This document shows, one piece after another, positions 61,359 to 64,000 of a stretch of DNA of 64,000 bases. Position 1 is the stretch's first letter. Each line of letters opens with the position of its first letter. Source of the DNA: Ramazzottius varieornatus (lineage: Eukaryota > Animalia > Tardigrada); the NCBI GenBank assembly GCA_001949185.1, contig BDGG01000001.1:7700149-7764148 (forward strand), written 5' to 3'. The notes beneath the pieces were generated by a model. That model was not told the origin of the DNA. It was given only the letters and a program-made list of their open reading frames with translations, and made no database searches. A program made the position numbers and the translations under genes.

Positions 61359-64000
61359 TCAAGTGTAAGACTGAGGACTGTCGGCGTTTGCATTTTCAAA
61401 GCCGGTATAGTTTGGGTTGACGTTGTCCGTGTCTTTTTGTAGCCTTACTTTATCCTGTGGGCTGTTTCTGAACCTTCTTGGAATGAAGTGGACCGGCATT
61501 TCTCGCACGGCTTTCCTCGTAGACGCCACTTTACCCGTTAGGACCACGAAGGCTATAGCGCCCATCAGTGACACGGCTATCAGGCAAGCGATGACGATAC
61601 CCGCAATCGCCCCATTCGACAAACCGTTACCACCTTCAGCAGCAACTGGTAAAGACGTTTGCTTCGTCATTTCTTCCGTCAGCGAAGTTACGCTGCCAGA
61701 CTGTGCTGTTGTTACTTCAACAGGTCGTTCTGTCGATGGTCGAGGTACTTTGGAGGGCGTTGGCAGTAGCGGAATGGTGGACGGTTGCAGAGGACCTGCC
61801 GAGGTCTCTGGGAATATCTTGGGTGTTTGGCAGACGTATCCTCGTTTGGTGCGAGCTGAGCAGTCAACGTTGTTCCATAAACCGTTTGGGTACATTTCTG
61901 TGCACTGTTCCCGTTCATCTGTCGGTCGACTGGGTTTACTGGGTTCACCTACAATACAATGCTTAGGTGAGGATCAGTTTCTTCATCGCGGCCGAATTAG
62001 CTCAAAGAAACGATTCAGTTCATTCGTACCTTTCGCCCAGTTGGAGAACAAAGAAGGTTCATAAGCAACTTCCTGGTCGAGCCACGCCCAGCTGTAATTA
62101 CCGGTAACTTCGTCCAGTGTCTCGACCTGAAACCAGTGGGTTGTTATGGGGTTAAAATTCAGTTTTCTGATTGATGAACTTGATGAAGAGTTACCAGGCC
62201 GATAAACATGCCGTTGTTGGCGGAATGAGCGTGAGCTTGAATGCACTGGTTGTCCTCTTTGGTCCGTATAGCTGCCAGGTCGCCGCCGATATCCAGGCAT
62301 TTCTGTCGTGCTTCACTAAAACCCATCTTGGTACTGCGGTTATCGTGAAGGAACTCGGCGTCAATGTAATAGCAGTGGGTAGCGCAGTCGGCAGGAAAGT
62401 TGGCTGGACAGTAACCGTTGGTCGGTATCGTCACCGTGGGACATGACACTGTAATAAAACTTTCAAGGTTGGCAGGAGAAAAAAAATGTTCAACGAAAAA
62501 TTCCGCTGAGACGGTCTATAATTCAACGGCTGTGGGAATACATGGTTTCGAACTTGTTCATTCTAGTCGAACCATTTCCAATATAACCCAGCTTGAAGAG
62601 CGCGGGCATGTGCTACAGCCTTCGGTGTCTTGGCTTTTGTCTACGTGAGTTCCGTTCAGTGGGATATCAGTATGTACCTATGCGGTGTTCACAGACGACA
62701 TGCGATATTTCCGTGTTATCGCAATACGTCGCCCACCATTTTCCCTCTTCCATGTACAGGCAGTAGTTTTCTTCTGGTGTTCCGATGAGCGACCCCAAGC
62801 TGGTGAATGTTGCCGGACAGGAGTTATGCCACTGATAGTTACCGCGCACTTCCATCATGCCGATCCAGGCGGCCGCCTGGCCCGTTTCATGGTCTCTGGC
62901 TGCGTCGTCCACCAGGATACCAATGAAGGCGTTCTCGTAAATATCAGAAATGGTAGCGATGTCGGTAGAAAAGTGTGGGTCCGCGTGCACGGTGGTACAC
63001 TCTTGGCGGGCAGCTTCCCAGGTGGCGCCACCGTCCCGGAGTTCCAATGGGCGGACTGCGAAACAGGCCGTACCGTAATGACGGTAACCTTCTGGACAGA
63101 CCTTGGTCGACGGCTCGCTTGCCGGACTCAACGCCTGATCTGAAACAGACCCAATGTTCGTTTTCAACTACTATCCAAAACTCGCACTTTGAGTCGTACC
63201 TTTGCGGGCTTTGCATATGTATCCGTTCAGTTTGGAGCACGGCTGATCTTTCCACCGTCCAGCCTTGTTGGTCTCGCCCAACATTCCCACACATTTTAAT
63301 GGCATCTGGATTTAAAATATAGATGAATACGATGAAGGCCTGTTCAATACAGCGTGTCATGTGGAGGCCCCTACGATGGTTAGAAAGCGAGCTTACCGCT
63401 GCATTGCTGGGTATGTAAGTTGCATGCCAGTTACTGTAGGTGTACGGACTATGGTCGGTCCACTCGAGACCTCTCCAGCCATTTGGCCCGCTACCCATGT
63501 CTTCCCGCAGACCAATCCAGTATGTCGGATTCGTTTGATCGTGTCTCAAAATGGTCACCAGGAAGTCGTTTTCAAGTCTGCTGCCTACCGAGACTAGGTT
63601 ACCACCTGGTACTTCCCGCTGGCAAACATTCAGGGCGTTTTGAAAGGAACGCTTGTCGTCTTGGCGCACCATGTAACAGTAACCACCTACCAATATGTCC
63701 ACATTGCAAAGGTTAATGGATTACAGCACTGCTTGTACAGTATGGTGCAACTTACGGAATTCTTGCCATCCGTCGCGGCAACCACCAAGACTGGGGTTGA
63801 CGGTGGGTGGAGCTAGCACACCGCTCTGCGGCGTCAGGCACACAAAGGGGAAGTTGTCCACGCAGGAGACATCTCTCCACCTTCCGCTGGCACCGTTCAG
63901 CGTAGTGCAATACGTCTCAGACATGCCTTCTCCCGGTTGGCCGATCTCCCATTGGTCGAAGCCACGCCCGTCACTACCATCGACCCATTGGTGTTCGTTG
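61359..64000 (-). CDS. Multi-C-type-lectin type I membrane receptor (mannose-receptor-like), 5' part outside window
   Basis: Repeated CTLDs (GRWRDVSC..FVC, YWIGL..WTDHSPYTYSNW, WEAARQEC, GLWNNVDC..GYVC), TM GAIAGIVIACLIAVSLMGAIAFVVL, cytoplasmic NPNYTGFEN. Confidence 0.9.

Overview
Gene-dense eukaryotic (animal) genomic DNA with very short GT-AG introns (many about 55-90 nt) and one assembly gap (46072-46740). It resembles a compact ecdysozoan genome such as a tardigrade, but that is inference only. I manually spliced about 20 genes: an LRR+ZP-domain protein, PHAX, an SLC26 anion transporter, a PX-BAR sorting nexin (with a nested intronless membrane-protein gene in one intron), WDR82, lipin, a duplicated TP53I11-like membrane protein, THG1L, a BTB-Kelch protein, an intronless YvgO-like+LysM protein, a cadherin-like protein, UTP6, a CatSper1-like channel, a CUB-like membrane protein, a Ly6/quiver-like protein, RAD23, a kainate-type iGluR, an intronless PKA-like pseudokinase and a multi-C-type-lectin receptor. 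The most striking non-coding signal is a family of about 20 almost entirely intronic palindromic elements (about 110-190 bp). Their core AAGTGGCGCAC-N25-GTGCGCCACTT keeps a 25-bp spacer length although the spacer sequence has diverged heavily. TA-flanked, TIR-bounded MITEs are also present. All assignments come from motif recognition by eye; no database searches were run.
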